Counted from the first letter of the stretch, positions 13,141 through 25,444 are shown. The stretch is 64,000 nt of DNA from Takakia lepidozioides (GCA_030704615.1 CM060733.1:25606001-25670000), one strand, 5' to 3'. Notes: generated by a model from the letters alone, not told the origin. A program made the numbers and translations.

Positions 13141-13550
13141 CCCGAACGGCGAGGCCTCACCGCACTTCAAATGCTCATACTGCGCCATTGGCATACTTGC
13201 AGAACTCAACCCTCCACCATTATTGAAAATGATTTTTGGGCGCCATACATGTAGACACAAGTTTAGGGTGATTGGGAAAGGCTATCCATTGACTCCCGCC
13301 AAAAGCTAGCTACTTTCTACTGGGGACAATAAAGGACTCCGAGTTATATGTGTGAGTTAAACATAGAATACTGGAAGAACAGTGAGTAATCTATATTAAA
13401 ACCGACAAGGAAGTAAATGTCTCCGACCAAGTGTCTGCCACCCGCACACTACTTTTGATGCTCTGCCAAAGGAAAACAACCTTCTGCACAGCTTACCTGG
13501 AGGTTGGTTATACATAGACTATCAAATATATCTTCTCTCTCACCCTCTTC
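13141..13550 (-). pseudogene. Relic of a third WIP copy (27-nt exon-2 fragment plus 5'UTR/intron donor region)
   Basis: 13141-13167 matches 10903-10930. 13335-13502 matches 1662-1855 and 12160-12270, including the minus-strand donor CTCCAG|GTAAGC. Confidence 0.6.
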
Positions 13551-13571
13551 ATCGCACGTTCAGATCATCCT

Positions 13572-16500
13572 TGTTAGGTGCCAGGAACAAAGATAGACCT
13601 GTCAACCAGTTTGGAATAACAAGAGACTGCTAGAATATCGCCGAACTGACAGTTGCAGGTAAAATGGAGCAGGCTTGCGTGCATGAAGAGATCCAGGACT
13701 AGGGATTTAATGATGTGTGCGTAGAGATGGCAAGATGGTTGGAGAAGGGATGATGGCATACAGGCACCTGGAGCAGATCTGGATGCGCATGAAAGCTGAT
13801 TTGTAGCACGGCGTGGTGGCTGGGTGGACCGGATGTTATAGCCGGTGCTGTGCTTTTAGAGTGTAGGTTGATGTTGGAATAGACGTCACTGGCCTTTGAT
13901 GCCTTGCAGCGGCAGGGACTATGATTTCTCTTTTGTATAGAGTAATGGTGTAAACCCTGTGAATAGCTTTGAACAAGAAAGGTTCACTTTAAGACTTGTG
14001 AATATGCTTTCGTGAAGAACAGGGGTGAACGATCGTGGAGTGGGGTGATCTCTATTACGATCTGAGTCAATGAACAGTGACTGGAATAAAAGAAAATGGT
14101 CACATGAGTCCGTATTGACGTTGATTCAAGCAAGCAATTTTCTTGGGATCCTGATAGATTCCCTATGACCGACAAGATAAGAAAAGGGCCTGAATTTGTT
14201 CTGTAGTTGGACTGAGGAAAGAGAGTCAGATCCTTTTCAAGTGGTATCAGAGCCGTTTTGCGATCGGGGAGAACAGATTGTGAATTTCGGAATTTCCAGA
14301 AGTAGGGTAATCGTGTGAATGAGCCAGATCTCGTTCAGCTCTGTGAGCACACACCCCGGTGACGACAATCAGGATAGTGAAATGGCGGGAGATCGTGAGC
14401 GCTCAGATGCGGCCAGTCTGCACCGAGCTTCAGATCGCGAACATGGAAGTCAGTTGTTTTCCCATAAACAGATGGAGGCCTTAAGTACTTTGATTCGATC
14501 TGAGATACAAAAATTGGCCCCTGCACAAACTCAAACTGAAAAGCGATCTAGGGAGCTGCCTATGAGTGAGCCACTGAATGAGGGCAAATCTGAGGCCGAC
14601 TCCCATGAGGCCAAGATGAAAAGAAGCAAGAATGTCACCAGGGAAATCAGAAGATTGGTGAAATTGCCAGAATTTTATGGTAAGCCATCTGTCAAGCCCG
14701 AGGAAATATTGTCTTTCCTGGATACATTAGAAGAGTTCTTTGAGGGTGATTATTCAAAGGAAGCCAAGATACAGACAGCTACTCTACAGCTCCGTGATGC
14801 CGCCAAGCTATGGTGGTCGCGCCAGAAGCAGGAACGCCGTGAACACAAGAAACCACCTGTGGATAGTTGGGCTATGTTTAAGACACTGTTCTTAGCCCAC
14901 TACCTACCTGGCGACTATGCACACAAGATGAAAGTTGAATTGTTCAGGCTGAAACAGGAGACTATGAGCGTGGGAGAGTTTAAGACGAGATTTGAAACCC
15001 ATGCCAGTTATTTCCCCTCGTTGAGTGAAGAGGACAGAGTTGATTTTTTTGTTGATGGCCTCAGTGATTCTCTCAAATTTAAGGTCAAAGCCCACAACCC
15101 TCGTACCGAGGCAGAAGCATATCGTTTGGCCTGTAATTTTGAGAACGAAGTGAGGGCACAACGTTCTTCGAATTTTGCTCGTGGCACGACAGAGTTCAAG
15201 CCTAGACCATCTGGTCCTTGGCAGTCACCAGCGAAGAGAGGGAATTGGAAGAGATTTAAACCGTTTAAGAAGGTAGGGGATCAAGCTACACGGAGACCGC
15301 CCATGAGGGCTCCTCCAAGGCTCAGTTTCAAAGAGCAGGAAGAACACAGGCGTAAGGGTTTGTGTTTCTTGTGCCATGAACCCGGACACAGAGCTGCTGA
15401 GTGTATGAAGTACCCGAATTATCGTCAGGCTCGACAGACAGCCGCCTTGATAGTTGAAGAACCTCCAGAACCTTGTGCGGTTGTTGAATCTGGGGAGAAG
15501 TCGGGACAAGAAAAAGGGAAAGGTCCTAATGTGCAGGTTTCTGCAGCTATCATTGGAGACCAAATAGAGCATGACCCCAGTGTGATACGGGTTCAGGGGA
15601 CAGTGGCTGGAATTCCCACTCAAGTGCTGATTGATACAGGCAGCACTCATAACCTGTTGTCAAAGGATTTTGCTGACAAGTTGGGACTAGTTCAAGAAGA
15701 CATGCAACCCTGTCAAATCCTATTACCAGATGGTGGCGTGGATTCTACGCACAAACACATCCCAAAGGTACAGATGGTCATGCAAGGAGTACAAACTATG
15801 GCTGACTTCGAGGTCTGGGAGGGAGCTCGGTACGACTGCATCCTTGGCATGCGGTGGCTGGATCCGGTTGATGCTGTGGTGGCTTGCAAATCCGGATTGG
15901 TTAGTGGTACCTTGCCCAACGGGAAGGGATTCAATATCAAAGGTACTAGAGCTCTTCCCAATGTACCTGTCTTGTCAGCTATTCAGATGAAGAGATGTAT
16001 GCGGAGGGGAAATGCTCAGCTTTTTACTGTTAGCTTGCATGAGGTCTTGGAAACAAATCAGGGAGAAGGGAAGTCGCATCCCAGACTTGGCCTAATCCTG
16101 AATGAATATAAAGATATATTTCCTGATGAGATCTCTGGGATGCCCCCTGAACGGGAGGTTGATCATGCTATCGAGTTGATGTCAGATGTTGTACCGGTTG
16201 CAAGGGCACCGTACAGGCATTCAATTGCAGAAAGTGAAGAGTTAGAAAGGCAGTTGAATGACCTGTTGGAAAAGGGGTATATACGTCCAAGTAAATCCCC
16301 TTGGGGTGCCCCTGTAATGTTTAAGAAGAAGAAAGACGGGACTTTGAGACTGTGTGTGGACTATAGATGGTTGAATAAGGTCACCATCAAGAATAAGTTT
16401 CATTTGCCTCGTGTGGACGATTTGTTTGACTATCTATATGGGAGTCAAGTTTTTTCAAAACTTGATCTTCGATCCGGATATTATCAGATACGGATCAAGA

Positions 16501-19500
16501 ATTCTGACATACCAAAGACAGGATTTCGATCTCGTTTTGGTCATTACGAATTCTTGGTGATGCCATTTGGGCTCACGAATGCTCCAGCAACATTTACTCA
16601 TCTGATGAATTCTCTGTTCCAGAAATATTTGGGGAAGATGGTCCTAGTCTCTATGGATGATATACTAATATACTCAAAGTCTGAAGAAGAACATGAACAG
16701 CATTTACGCTTGGTCTTAGACATACTGAGAGAGAACCATCTGTTTGCTAAGAGAAGCAAGTGTGAGTTCTTTGTAGACCACATGGATTACTTGGGATTTT
16801 GCATATCCAAAGATGGAATCTCAATTGATCCTAAGAAAGTCCAGACCGTGGTTGAATGGCCTACACCAAGTGATAAGACTGAGGTCAGGAGCTTTATTGG
16901 GTTTGCTACCTTCCTACGGAAGTTTGTCAAATCTTTTTCACAGATTGCAGCCCCATTGACTGACCTGTTTAAGGACTCGAGTCCTGTAAGCTTGAGGGAC
17001 GTCTGGACAAGAGAATGTGATAACAGTTTCGAGAAATTGAAGTTTGCCTTGACACATGCTCATGTACTAAGATTGCTCGACCCTGCGAAGGGAGCAATCG
17101 TACTGTGTACCGATGCAAGTGATCTTGCTATTGGGGTTGTGCTAATGCAAGATGGGCAAGTGATTGCCTACGAATCTCGAAAGATCAGTCCAGCAGAAAA
17201 GAATTACCCAACTCATGAAAAAGAACTGTTGGCAATAGTTCATGCTCTGAAGATATGGAGGCATTACCTGCTTCCAGTTGATTTTGTGATAGAGACTGAC
17301 CATCAGAGTTTGAAATACTTGACCACACAACCTCACTTGAGTCAGAGGCAGATTAGGTGGTCAGAACTGCTTCAGCAGTTCCATTATGACCTAAAGTATA
17401 TCAAGAGGAGAGAGAATGTGATTGCTGATGCACTTTCTAGGAGACCATTACAAGCTAATGTTGTCTCATGCGTCAGTAGCACTATAATTCAAGACATTAA
17501 AGGTCAGTATGAGATCGATGAATTCTTCAAAGAGCCATTCAAGAGTTTGTCTCGTGACCAAAGAACTTCTATTGAGAAAGAGAAGTACCGGCCATATTTC
17601 TTGAGAGATGGGGTGTTATTTTATGATGGTCGGCTGTGTGTTCCCCTGATTCCAGACTTGAGATTGCGGATTATTCATGACAGTCACAATATTCCAATCT
17701 CTGGACACCCGGGCTTTCAGAGAACCTATTGGTCAATACAGAAGCACTATTTTTGGCCAGGTATGAAGAGAGAAATTAAAGAGTATGTGCAGAAATGTTT
17801 CCCATGTCAAGTTTCGAAGTCAGAGAGAGTCAGACCTCCTGGATTATTACAACCTTTATCTGTTCCTAGATGGAATTGGGAATCCATTAGCATGGATTTC
17901 ATTGTGGCATTGCCCAGGACCAGAAATGGCCATGACAGTATCATGGTGGTTGTAGATAGGCTGTCTAAGATAGCCCACTTGATACCTACAAGGATGAGTG
18001 CTACGGCATCTGATGTTGCATCCTTGTACATGAAAGAGATATTCAGGATCCATGGTCTGCCTCGGGAGATTATTTGTGACAGGGACTCAAAGTTTACTTT
18101 TTGGATTGACTTGTTCAAGAAATTGGGAACCAAGGTGAAACTGAGTACGGCCTTTCACCCAGAAACAGATGCTCAAACAGAAAGGACCAACCGTACAATA
18201 GAAGATATGTTGAGGATGTACGTTGGTGAAAGACAGTCCTCTTGGGAACAATATCTGTATATGGTGGAATTTGCTTATAACAAGCATTTCCATAGTGCCA
18301 TTGGCATGAGCCCATTTGAAGCTTTATATGGACGAGATTGCTTGGCTCCTGCTTCGCTTATTACACCACCATCAAATGTGCAGAGTGTGAATGACAGAAT
18401 CAAAGAGATCCACTCTGTCCTAGATCTGGTGAAGCGTAGTATGCAGGCTACACAAGAACGGGCCAAGTTCTTTGCTGATAAGCACAGGACTTTTCGTGAA
18501 TTTGCCATTGGTGATATGGTGTTTTTGAAAGTTACACCTAAAAGAAGCAATCTAACACTGGGCAAGTGTTATAAGTTGTCACCAAGGTTTTGTGGCCCGT
18601 TTAAAATCCTGGAACGCCATGGCACAGTGGCCTATGAGTTGGATCTACCTCCAACATGGAAGATCCATAAAACTTTCCATGTCAGCCTTCTCCGGAGGTA
18701 TATGTCAGACCCATCACACATCTTGCCGACGTTGCCTCAAGCCATGAATGATGGTCAGCTGATGGCTGAACCCAAAAAGATTCTAGAAACACGAGTGAAG
18801 CACCTGCGCAACCGTTTTTGGAAAGAACATTTGATTAAGTGGTTGCATTACCCAGAGACAGAAGCTACTTGGGAGAAGGAAAATGAATTGACATTGAGTT
18901 ACCCCTCATTTTTTGTCATTGAGGACAATGACCTGTCTTTGGGAGGGGGAATTTGTTAGGTGCCAGGAACGAAGATCGACCTGTCAACCAGTTTGGAATA
19001 ACAAGAGACTGCTAGAATATCGCCGAACTGACAGTTGCAGGTAAAATGGAGCAGGCTCGCGTGCATGAAGAGATCCAGGACTAGGGATTTAATGATGTGT
19101 GCGTAGAGATGGCAAGATGGTTGGAGAAGGGATGATGGCGTACAGGCGCCTGGAGCAGATCTGGATGCGCGTGAAAGCTGATTTGTAGCACGGCGTGGTG
19201 GCTGGGTGGACCGGATGCTATAGCCGGTGCTGTGCTTTTAGAGTGTAGGTTGATGTTGGAATAGACGTCACTGGCCTTTGATGCCTTGCAGCGGCAGGGA
19301 CTATGATTTCTCTTTTGTATAGAGTGATGGTGTAAACCCTGTGAATAGCTTGGAACAAGAAAGGTTCGCTTTAAGACTTGTGAATACGCTTTCGTGAAGA
19401 ACAGGGGTGAACGATCGTGGAGTGGGGTGATCTCTATTACGATCTGAGTCAATGAACAGTGACTGGAATAAAAGAAAATGGTCACATGAGTCCGTATTGA

Positions 19501-19621
19501 CGTTGATTCAAGCAAGCAATTTTCTTGGGATCCTGATAGATTCCCTATGAACGACAAGATAAGAAAAGGGCCTGAATTTGTTCTGTAGTTGGACTGAGGA
19601 AAGAGAGTCAGATCCTTTTCA
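13572..19621 (+). mobile_element. Ty3/gypsy chromovirus LTR retrotransposon, full length, apparently intact
   Basis: 668-bp LTRs 13572-14239 and 18954-19621 (about 12 substitutions). TSD ATCCT at 13567-13571 and 19622-19626. PBS TGGTATCAGAGCC (tRNA-iMet) at 14242-14254. PPT GGGAGGGGGAA at 18941-18951. Confidence 0.97.
14319..18959 (+). CDS. Gag-Pol polyprotein (gag, CCHC, protease, RT, RNase H, integrase, chromodomain)
   Basis: Uninterrupted 1546-aa ORF: [38 protein letters not shown]...[27 protein letters not shown]. Confidence 0.95.
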   Translation: MSQISFSSVSTHPGDDNQDSEMAGDRERSDAASLHRASDREHGSQLFSHKQMEALSTLIRSEIQKLAPAQTQTEKRSRELPMSEPLNEGKSEADSHEAKMKRSKNVTREIRRLVKLPEFYGKPSVKPEEILSFLDTLEEFFEGDYSKEAKIQTATLQLRDAAKLWWSRQKQERREHKKPPVDSWAMFKTLFLAHYLPGDYAHKMKVELFRLKQETMSVGEFKTRFETHASYFPSLSEEDRVDFFVDGLSDSLKFKVKAHNPRTEAEAYRLACNFENEVRAQRSSNFARGTTEFKPRPSGPWQSPAKRGNWKRFKPFKKVGDQATRRPPMRAPPRLSFKEQEEHRRKGLCFLCHEPGHRAAECMKYPNYRQARQTAALIVEEPPEPCAVVESGEKSGQEKGKGPNVQVSAAIIGDQIEHDPSVIRVQGTVAGIPTQVLIDTGSTHNLLSKDFADKLGLVQEDMQPCQILLPDGGVDSTHKHIPKVQMVMQGVQTMADFEVWEGARYDCILGMRWLDPVDAVVACKSGLVSGTLPNGKGFNIKGTRALPNVPVLSAIQMKRCMRRGNAQLFTVSLHEVLETNQGEGKSHPRLGLILNEYKDIFPDEISGMPPEREVDHAIELMSDVVPVARAPYRHSIAESEELERQLNDLLEKGYIRPSKSPWGAPVMFKKKKDGTLRLCVDYRWLNKVTIKNKFHLPRVDDLFDYLYGSQVFSKLDLRSGYYQIRIKNSDIPKTGFRSRFGHYEFLVMPFGLTNAPATFTHLMNSLFQKYLGKMVLVSMDDILIYSKSEEEHEQHLRLVLDILRENHLFAKRSKCEFFVDHMDYLGFCISKDGISIDPKKVQTVVEWPTPSDKTEVRSFIGFATFLRKFVKSFSQIAAPLTDLFKDSSPVSLRDVWTRECDNSFEKLKFALTHAHVLRLLDPAKGAIVLCTDASDLAIGVVLMQDGQVIAYESRKISPAEKNYPTHEKELLAIVHALKIWRHYLLPVDFVIETDHQSLKYLTTQPHLSQRQIRWSELLQQFHYDLKYIKRRENVIADALSRRPLQANVVSCVSSTIIQDIKGQYEIDEFFKEPFKSLSRDQRTSIEKEKYRPYFLRDGVLFYDGRLCVPLIPDLRLRIIHDSHNIPISGHPGFQRTYWSIQKHYFWPGMKREIKEYVQKCFPCQVSKSERVRPPGLLQPLSVPRWNWESISMDFIVALPRTRNGHDSIMVVVDRLSKIAHLIPTRMSATASDVASLYMKEIFRIHGLPREIICDRDSKFTFWIDLFKKLGTKVKLSTAFHPETDAQTERTNRTIEDMLRMYVGERQSSWEQYLYMVEFAYNKHFHSAIGMSPFEALYGRDCLAPASLITPPSNVQSVNDRIKEIHSVLDLVKRSMQATQERAKFFADKHRTFREFAIGDMVFLKVTPKRSNLTLGKCYKLSPRFCGPFKILERHGTVAYELDLPPTWKIHKTFHVSLLRRYMSDPSHILPTLPQAMNDGQLMAEPKKILETRVKHLRNRFWKEHLIKWLHYPETEATWEKENELTLSYPSFFVIEDNDLSLGGGIC

Positions 19622-19792
19622 ATCCTCCTCCCTCACATTGATGAGTATGAATCTAGGACGAGGAACGAAAATTATTAGGGTCCACATGTAGGCAAATTGT
19701 GGCCCAATTGCAATGAAAAGCAGTGCGAAATTACCTGTCAAGATCGGATAGAAACAGGAGCGTGAGTGTAAGTGATGGCGGGGAGGAGTAAT

Positions 19793-19880
19793 CTGGGAGA
19801 CAAGAATGACAAATTTCTGCAACTCTGCAACGCTCTTCCACGCATGGGAATCATCCAGCGCAGTGAATACTTGCTTTCAT
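19793..19880 (-). promoter_or_regulatory. Conserved upstream non-coding element of WIP copy 3, separated from its 5'UTR by the gypsy insertion (TGTCTC at 19797-19802)
   Basis: Homologous to 2003-2131 and 12843-12953. Confidence 0.55.
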
Positions 19881-20469
19881 GTTGTTTTGTTGTTCTTCAC
19901 CAACAGACACTTTTACCCTGCGGATTGTTTATTGCTCCCCGCTAGATATACATATACAATATACACACACAGTCCACCCTCTTTAATTGTTTGTCAAATT
20001 GAGCTAGCAGTTGGAAATCGCTTAACAGATCTGTATGCTTATCTGAACATCTACCAATCAGTTTGTGTAAATGTAGACTCTCTACTCGGACTCACATCCA
20101 ATGGGGTCGTAACCCAAATGAGGTGACTTGTACAAGAGCCTTCTTGTGGAGATAGAGCCCTCTTAGAAAGAAAGGAAAATGAAAAGACAACAAAGCCAAT
20201 GAAACCAATCTAGCATCTGTTGTTGCCTCAAGTAGATCAGACAAGTGGATTAGGGTTCTATCACTGCTTTGCAAAGCACATCTCTCGTGGCATTATGGTT
20301 CTAGTCGAATTTTGTGACATCAGAAGATCTTTGCTCAACATCAACTCACAGACAAGAAATTTACACTTGAGTTGATAAAAAGTTTACTTGTTCTCGACTA
20401 GTGTGCAGAAGATGGAGTGTGCTTCACCTAACCCCCAAATCTTATACTCGTTTCCAAACTCACACAAAC

Positions 20470-20674
20470 ACTCAGTAGCTGAGTTGGTTAGTGCCCTAAT
20501 TGCTCCCCAGATGTTTCGGGGGTCAAATCCTACTACCTTGATGGGTGTGGTATGTTCATTTCTCCCAAGCCAAGCCTTCAGGGGGAGGTTATTGTGAAGA
20601 GGTTATTTTCTCCTCTCACTATAATTAAGCTGGGGCCGGAATTGTGAGCTGTCGCTCCCGGTGTTTCCCTTTAA
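20470..20674 (+). mobile_element. Putative tRNA-derived SINE interrupted by the piggyBac (A-rich tail resumes at 24820-24834)
   Basis: A-box-like TAGCTGAGTTGG (~20477-20488), B-box-like GGGTCAAATCC (~20520-20530), A-rich tail directly after the second TTAA. No convincing TSD found. Confidence 0.4.
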
Positions 20675-21301
20675 CCCTTAAGCGCCCATTCGACCCGTTT
20701 TTGGCCGTTGGTTTTGGTTTTTCCCCTCTGTTTTTCTCAGATTTGAACCGATTAACCTGATTTTTGGAGGGTAGGATGCCAGCCACATGGCAGTCAGGAT
20801 TCCAACGCGCGATTAGGTTTTTTTTTTTTGGTTAGGGTTGCAATTTTTGGCTGCGCAGGAGGTGGGGTCTGCTTCTGCAGCGATTTTGGCTTGCTCCCGC
20901 GTTTTCAGCGTCGTCTCTCTCCTTCCTGCGCTTTGCCTTGTGCTGTGATCTCGTCTGTTGTGGCGTTCGCGCGTGTTCCATACTTTGTTGCAGGTTGCCA
21001 TTGCAGATGCCTTGACAGGTTGCCGTTGGTGGTCTGCTCCGATTGCATCTTCCATTATCTCTTTCTCTTTCAGTTGAGGAAACTTGGAAATTGTGGCACC
21101 GCTACAGAGACTGAGCCATAGCTGTGAGAGAGGATGGGCCGGCTTTGCATTGATACTCAGGGTGCGCATTCAAGGCAATGTTCATTGTTTGATACCTAAG
21201 CTAGACTATGCGCAGTTAGGGCATCGTGTAGCTCATCTTTGTGTTTATCCTTGTGTGCATATGCAAATTTGTGGATGAAGGTTGAAGCTACATAGTATAA
21301 G

Positions 21302-21685
21302 ATGGGTTCGGGTGTGTTGCCTCCCCATGCACCTGCGCATTTGGAGACTCAAGCTGCATCGATTGCCAAGTGGGCACGCTCACTGGGCACATCAACCGAG
21401 CAAGTCGAGCGGATTGTCGGGTGCCTGAATGAGGACTACCTCTTGTGTTTGAAGAGACCTGCTCGTGTGCGTTGGCCTGGATTTCCACAGCCCTCCAACT
21501 TTCGTTACTTGTTTAGGCGCCATTGTGCAAAGATTTTGGGTTGGGTAGATCGCAAGGAGGAAGGAGACCCTCTTGGGTTCAGCGCAGAGGTCAACGACAT
21601 TTTGAGGCTCGAGGTTTGGCCTGACTTCCAGATGTCTTCTGCCAGCCACGATGAGGCTCAAACAACTGGCCAGGGAGAGAGGTAA
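21302..21685 (+). CDS. Small ORF of unknown function inside the piggyBac (separate ORF or 5' exon of the transposase)
   Basis: 127-aa ATG-initiated ORF upstream of the transposase, with protein-like composition. Confidence 0.4.
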   Translation: MGSGVLPPHAPAHLETQAASIAKWARSLGTSTEQVERIVGCLNEDYLLCLKRPARVRWPGFPQPSNFRYLFRRHCAKILGWVDRKEEGDPLGFSAEVNDILRLEVWPDFQMSSASHDEAQTTGQGER

Positions 21686-21709
21686 TCGTATTGAACCCTC
21701 TTTTGATTT

Positions 21710-23760
21710 CATGAGTGAGGAGATGGGCAATTCGACCTACTCCTTGCGCAACTCTCAAAATCCGCTATGTGATCCTGCTGGTCACTCCCAAACTATGGAG
21801 GACATAGGGATTTTGGGATCCACAGTGAAGGTGGCAGTGGCTGAGCTGCACCTTCAGGATGTGGCATCGTCTAGCAATGCCCACGAATTTGGATATGGCA
21901 CTGTGGTAGACAAGACATGGGACATCCTGAATGGTACAAAAAATTATACTGTCTCTTTTTTTGGTGTCCTTGGTGTTCATGTGGTATCGTCACAATCCTG
22001 TGTTGTGTGTAATCTTGATGATTCAATGTTGTGCACTATCCCTGAGCTCTTGGGGTTGGATTCTGAAGCTGAATTGCCTGAGGGGGAAGTAGATGATAGT
22101 GAATCAGATTCTGATTGTGACTATAATCCAGAAGATGATGACCTTGTTGACATCGACAATCCTGACTTGATGGACTACTGTGTTGACACGGGGAATCCAA
22201 CGCGTGAGGTGGGATTATATGATTTGCCGCCCAATTGGGAGCAGTGGAGTCCTGCTGAGTTGTTTGGTGATGACATGTGGAACTCCTCTGCTACTGAATT
22301 GCCAGACATTACATGGTTAGGTGGGGATTCGGGTCCTCGTTTGCCTTTTGGAGATTCAGCAAATCCAGTTGATTTTTTCAATTTGTTTTGGCCACTATCG
22401 GTCATGCGCCGAATTTGTAGCATGACCAACTTGTATGCCAGGACAGAAACCAGAATGGAAACCTGAAAGGAGGTAGATGGTGGTACCCTATCACCATCCG
22501 TGAATTGAAGGCTTGGCTTGCTGTTCACATGCTCATGGGAATCAAAAAATTACCTAGTACTAGATTGTATTGGAAAGCCAACAATGCCTTCTTCAATTGC
22601 CCTTCCATCATGCGCATTATGTCCCGCAACCGATGGGAGGCAATTCTGAGGTGCCTCCACCTTGTTGACAATAAGGATGTATGCACTATTGACACTGACC
22701 CTGCTTTTGATAAGTTAGCTAAAACCAGGTGGTTGCTACATGCACTAAATGGTTTGTATGCCACCTACATGAGCCCCGAGCAGAATTTGACTGTGGATGA
22801 GCAAATGGTGAAGTACAAGGGCAAATATGCCCGAATCCAGCAATACCTAAGCAAGAAGCCTGTGCAGTGGGGTCTGAAGGTGTGGTGTTTGTGTGGTGCA
22901 TGTTCCAAATATGTTCAAAGTTAGAGGTTTACCTTGGGAAGGATGATGGGAATGATATGACCCATGGCAGTGGATATGGCGTGGTGACAAGGTTACTAGA
23001 AGGATTTGAGGGTAAGGGCCATATTGTAACGATGGATAATTTTTTCAGTAGCCCCATCCTGTTCTATGATTTGGCAGCAAAACAGATCTATGCTACTGGC
23101 ACGGTAAAAACCTCCCGAGTGGGTTTTCCTACGTGCCTTGATTTGGGGAAGAAGGGTGAGAGAGGTAGGCTGGAATATCGTGTTCACATAAGTGGCAAAG
23201 TAGCCGCTATTGCCTGGATGGATGCCAAGTTGGTGACCATGATTTCCACTGTCATTTCCCCTGTCAGTCCTGATTGCTTCATACAAAGATGGCACAAAGG
23301 GGCAAGACGTGATGTGCCTACCTCCCCTATTGTGGTTCATTACCAGCAGCATATGCGGGGAGTGGATGTTCAGGATCAGCTACGGGGTTACTACTCTGTT
23401 TAGACCAGGGACCATAAATGGTGGCACCGCTTGTACTTTCATGGAGTTGACACTTCTTTGGTGAATGCTTACATATTGTACCTGGGTTTTATGAGGGGAA
23501 AGGGCCACATTCCTCTTAGCCACATGCTTTTCAATTTGGAGGTTGCAAAGGGACTAATTGTGGGGTGGGTTCCTCCCAGGAGAACAGTAATGCCAGGGGC
23601 AGATGTGCCCAACCCGGGGTCTGTGCATTTCTCCCTCAAGACTAGTAGGAGGAGGAAGTGTGTTCAGTGCGGTATGCGTCAAAGGTATTTTTGTCACGCG
23701 TGTGGAGATGTGTATATGTGCCTTGGAGGATGCTTTGTCAAGAGCCATAGCCTTCTCTGA
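21710..23760 (+). pseudogene. piggyBac transposase (DDD triad, C-terminal Cys-rich domain)
   Basis: PVDFFNLFW...TNLYA, MSRNRWEAILRCLHL, TVDEQMV, KPVQWGLKVW, MDNFFSS, YQQHMRGVDVQDQ, CVQC...CHAC...C...CF..H. Stops at 22464-22466 and 23401-23403; frameshifts near 22500 and 22920. Confidence 0.92.
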
Positions 23761-24234
23761 TTATAGATACTTCTATGTTCAGTAATTGATATGGTTGATT
23801 TCTTACTGCACTGATGTGGAGACCTTTGATGCCAAAGAGGGGGTATCCTCCTTACGACACTTTTTCTATGTAGTGGTGTTCTGTCTTTTTCTAAGCAGTG
23901 GTGTGTTTGGGGGTTGGTTTGTTGTTGGTAGCCATGAAACGTTTGTACTGAGGATCCAGCCGTAGAGAGTCGCTTGACAGTCCAAGGAGAGGTTGTGCAG
24001 TATTGGGGTTCACTGAGTCCTGATCTGAATGATTTGTTTGCTACTCCAGCTTTTTGCCTTAGTGTTCATGTAGCTCCGAGGTCTTTGCTGCAACAATTTT
24101 GTGTTTCAATTAGGACTGAGTCCATTTTCTTTGTGTCTAGTATAATTATGTGGTAGTCCCCCAGTCAAGCGGGGGTGCGCATAAGGGTGGAGACTCCTTC
24201 CCTCCCTGGGGAGGAGTCTCCCCCCTTGTGTTCA

Positions 24235-24420
24235 TGTGTGAGTTGCCAATTGGGGCAAGTTAGTGGGTTCAACTCCCACTCACACAATTCGGCGTGTAAA
24301 TGTGGGTTCATCTCTAGTTTTTCTGAGTCTGATTTGATGCTAGTGTTGGCCACATGTTGGTCTTTCTTTGTGTGAGCTGCCAGTTGGGGCAGGCCACTGG
24401 GTTCAATTCCCACTCACACA
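24235..24420 (+). repeat. Two 52-nt direct repeats folding into tRNA-like structures (24235-24286, 24369-24420)
   Basis: 7-bp terminal stem tgtgtga/tcacaca, internal 5-bp hairpin, T-arm-like GTGGG-TTCAACT-CCCAC. Confidence 0.7.
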
Positions 24421-25019
24421 TTTTGACCCCCCTTACTTTGACCAGGTGTAAATCAGAAAATATGAATCCATTTTTTGCATTCTATGGCTCATCAGAATGC
24501 CAATGTGCTGGACAACACCTGTAAGCAGGATGAGATCCTGCAGATTTCATCCCGTCAGTGAAAATTGCAAATTCCTCCAATTTCCCTTATTGTTTTGGGA
24601 GGGGCCCAAAAAATGGGCCCCACACTCAACGGTGGCGTTTCTCGGATTTTCGCCTGATTGGCCTGCAAATTTACGGGTGTCTGGAAGGGGTAGGTATGAG
24701 CATAATGTCCGGTCAATTTTCCCAAAAACGTTTTTTTCGCTGAGATATTCTCATTTTTCTGAGCTGGGGTCCACTTTTTTCAAAAAGTCAACATTGGGCA
24801 CTGGGCGCTTAAGGGTTAAGAAGAGAAAAAAAAATCACAGTTTGGTTGCTGGCCCTTAACATCCCAAGTGACCCAATTTTGTGGGTCCACTAAGGCAATG
24901 CCACACCTACATTTTTAAAGTAATTTTCTCAATTATAGAATTTTCTGGACATTGTGGGGCAATAGCATGGTAGCCACACCGTGACGTCTGCCATTCAAAA
25001 AGCTTGGAAAAATCCCACC

Positions 25020-25105
25020 TGTCGTGCGCATACATATCGCTACACAACTACATCGCTGTCCAAACCACACCACACATATGTGCACAATAAAGTAGTCTGC
25101 CACAA
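25020..25105 (-). repeat. Terminal repeat B2
   Basis: Identical to 25445-25530 (86 bp). Confidence 0.95.
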
Positions 25106-25442
25106 TGATAAGAAAGCTTGAAAGGACACACACTCTCAACACCAGAAATATGAAATCCCTCAACATCACTCTTTGAAATAATAGTCGAGCCAGGGGCACC
25201 CCAAGCTATGGGGACTCCACCCCACAACGACCTACACTCCCATCATAAGCACACTCAGATCTGAAGAATGAAGGAGCTCGGTCGCGCAGGCTCAACTCGA
25301 GAGAGATAGCCGCGCGACTGCCGCTCTCGTGAAGATAAGACAGACCAGGTGTCAAACTAACACTTGACCTAAATCCAAGTGTTAAATACAAATAACTAGT
25401 TTTATTCTAGCTGTTTTCACACTGTGCTTATTTAACTTGACA
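25106..25442 (-). repeat. Repeat A2
   Basis: Matches 36785-37139 except one substitution, two 1-nt indels and an 18-nt deletion. Confidence 0.95.
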
Positions 25443-25444
25443 GC

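Larger units (their letters stand above)
20675..24815 (+). mobile_element. piggyBac-superfamily DNA transposon, full length, transposase disrupted
   Basis: TTAA TSD at 20671-20674 and 24816-24819. Perfect 14-bp TIRs CCCTTAAGCGCCCA (20675-20688) and TGGGCGCTTAAGGG (24802-24815). Internal PGBD-type transposase. Confidence 0.95.

Noticed and set aside
19081-19557. Antisense ORFs in LTRs and opposite TE coding regions (e.g. 13984-14175, 19081-19557, 29631-30137)
   Set aside because: Shadow ORFs without motifs; not conserved in length between the two LTR copies.
24235-24420. Genuine tRNA genes
   Set aside because: Only 52 nt, with a single internal arm and no proper D-arm/anticodon arm pair.
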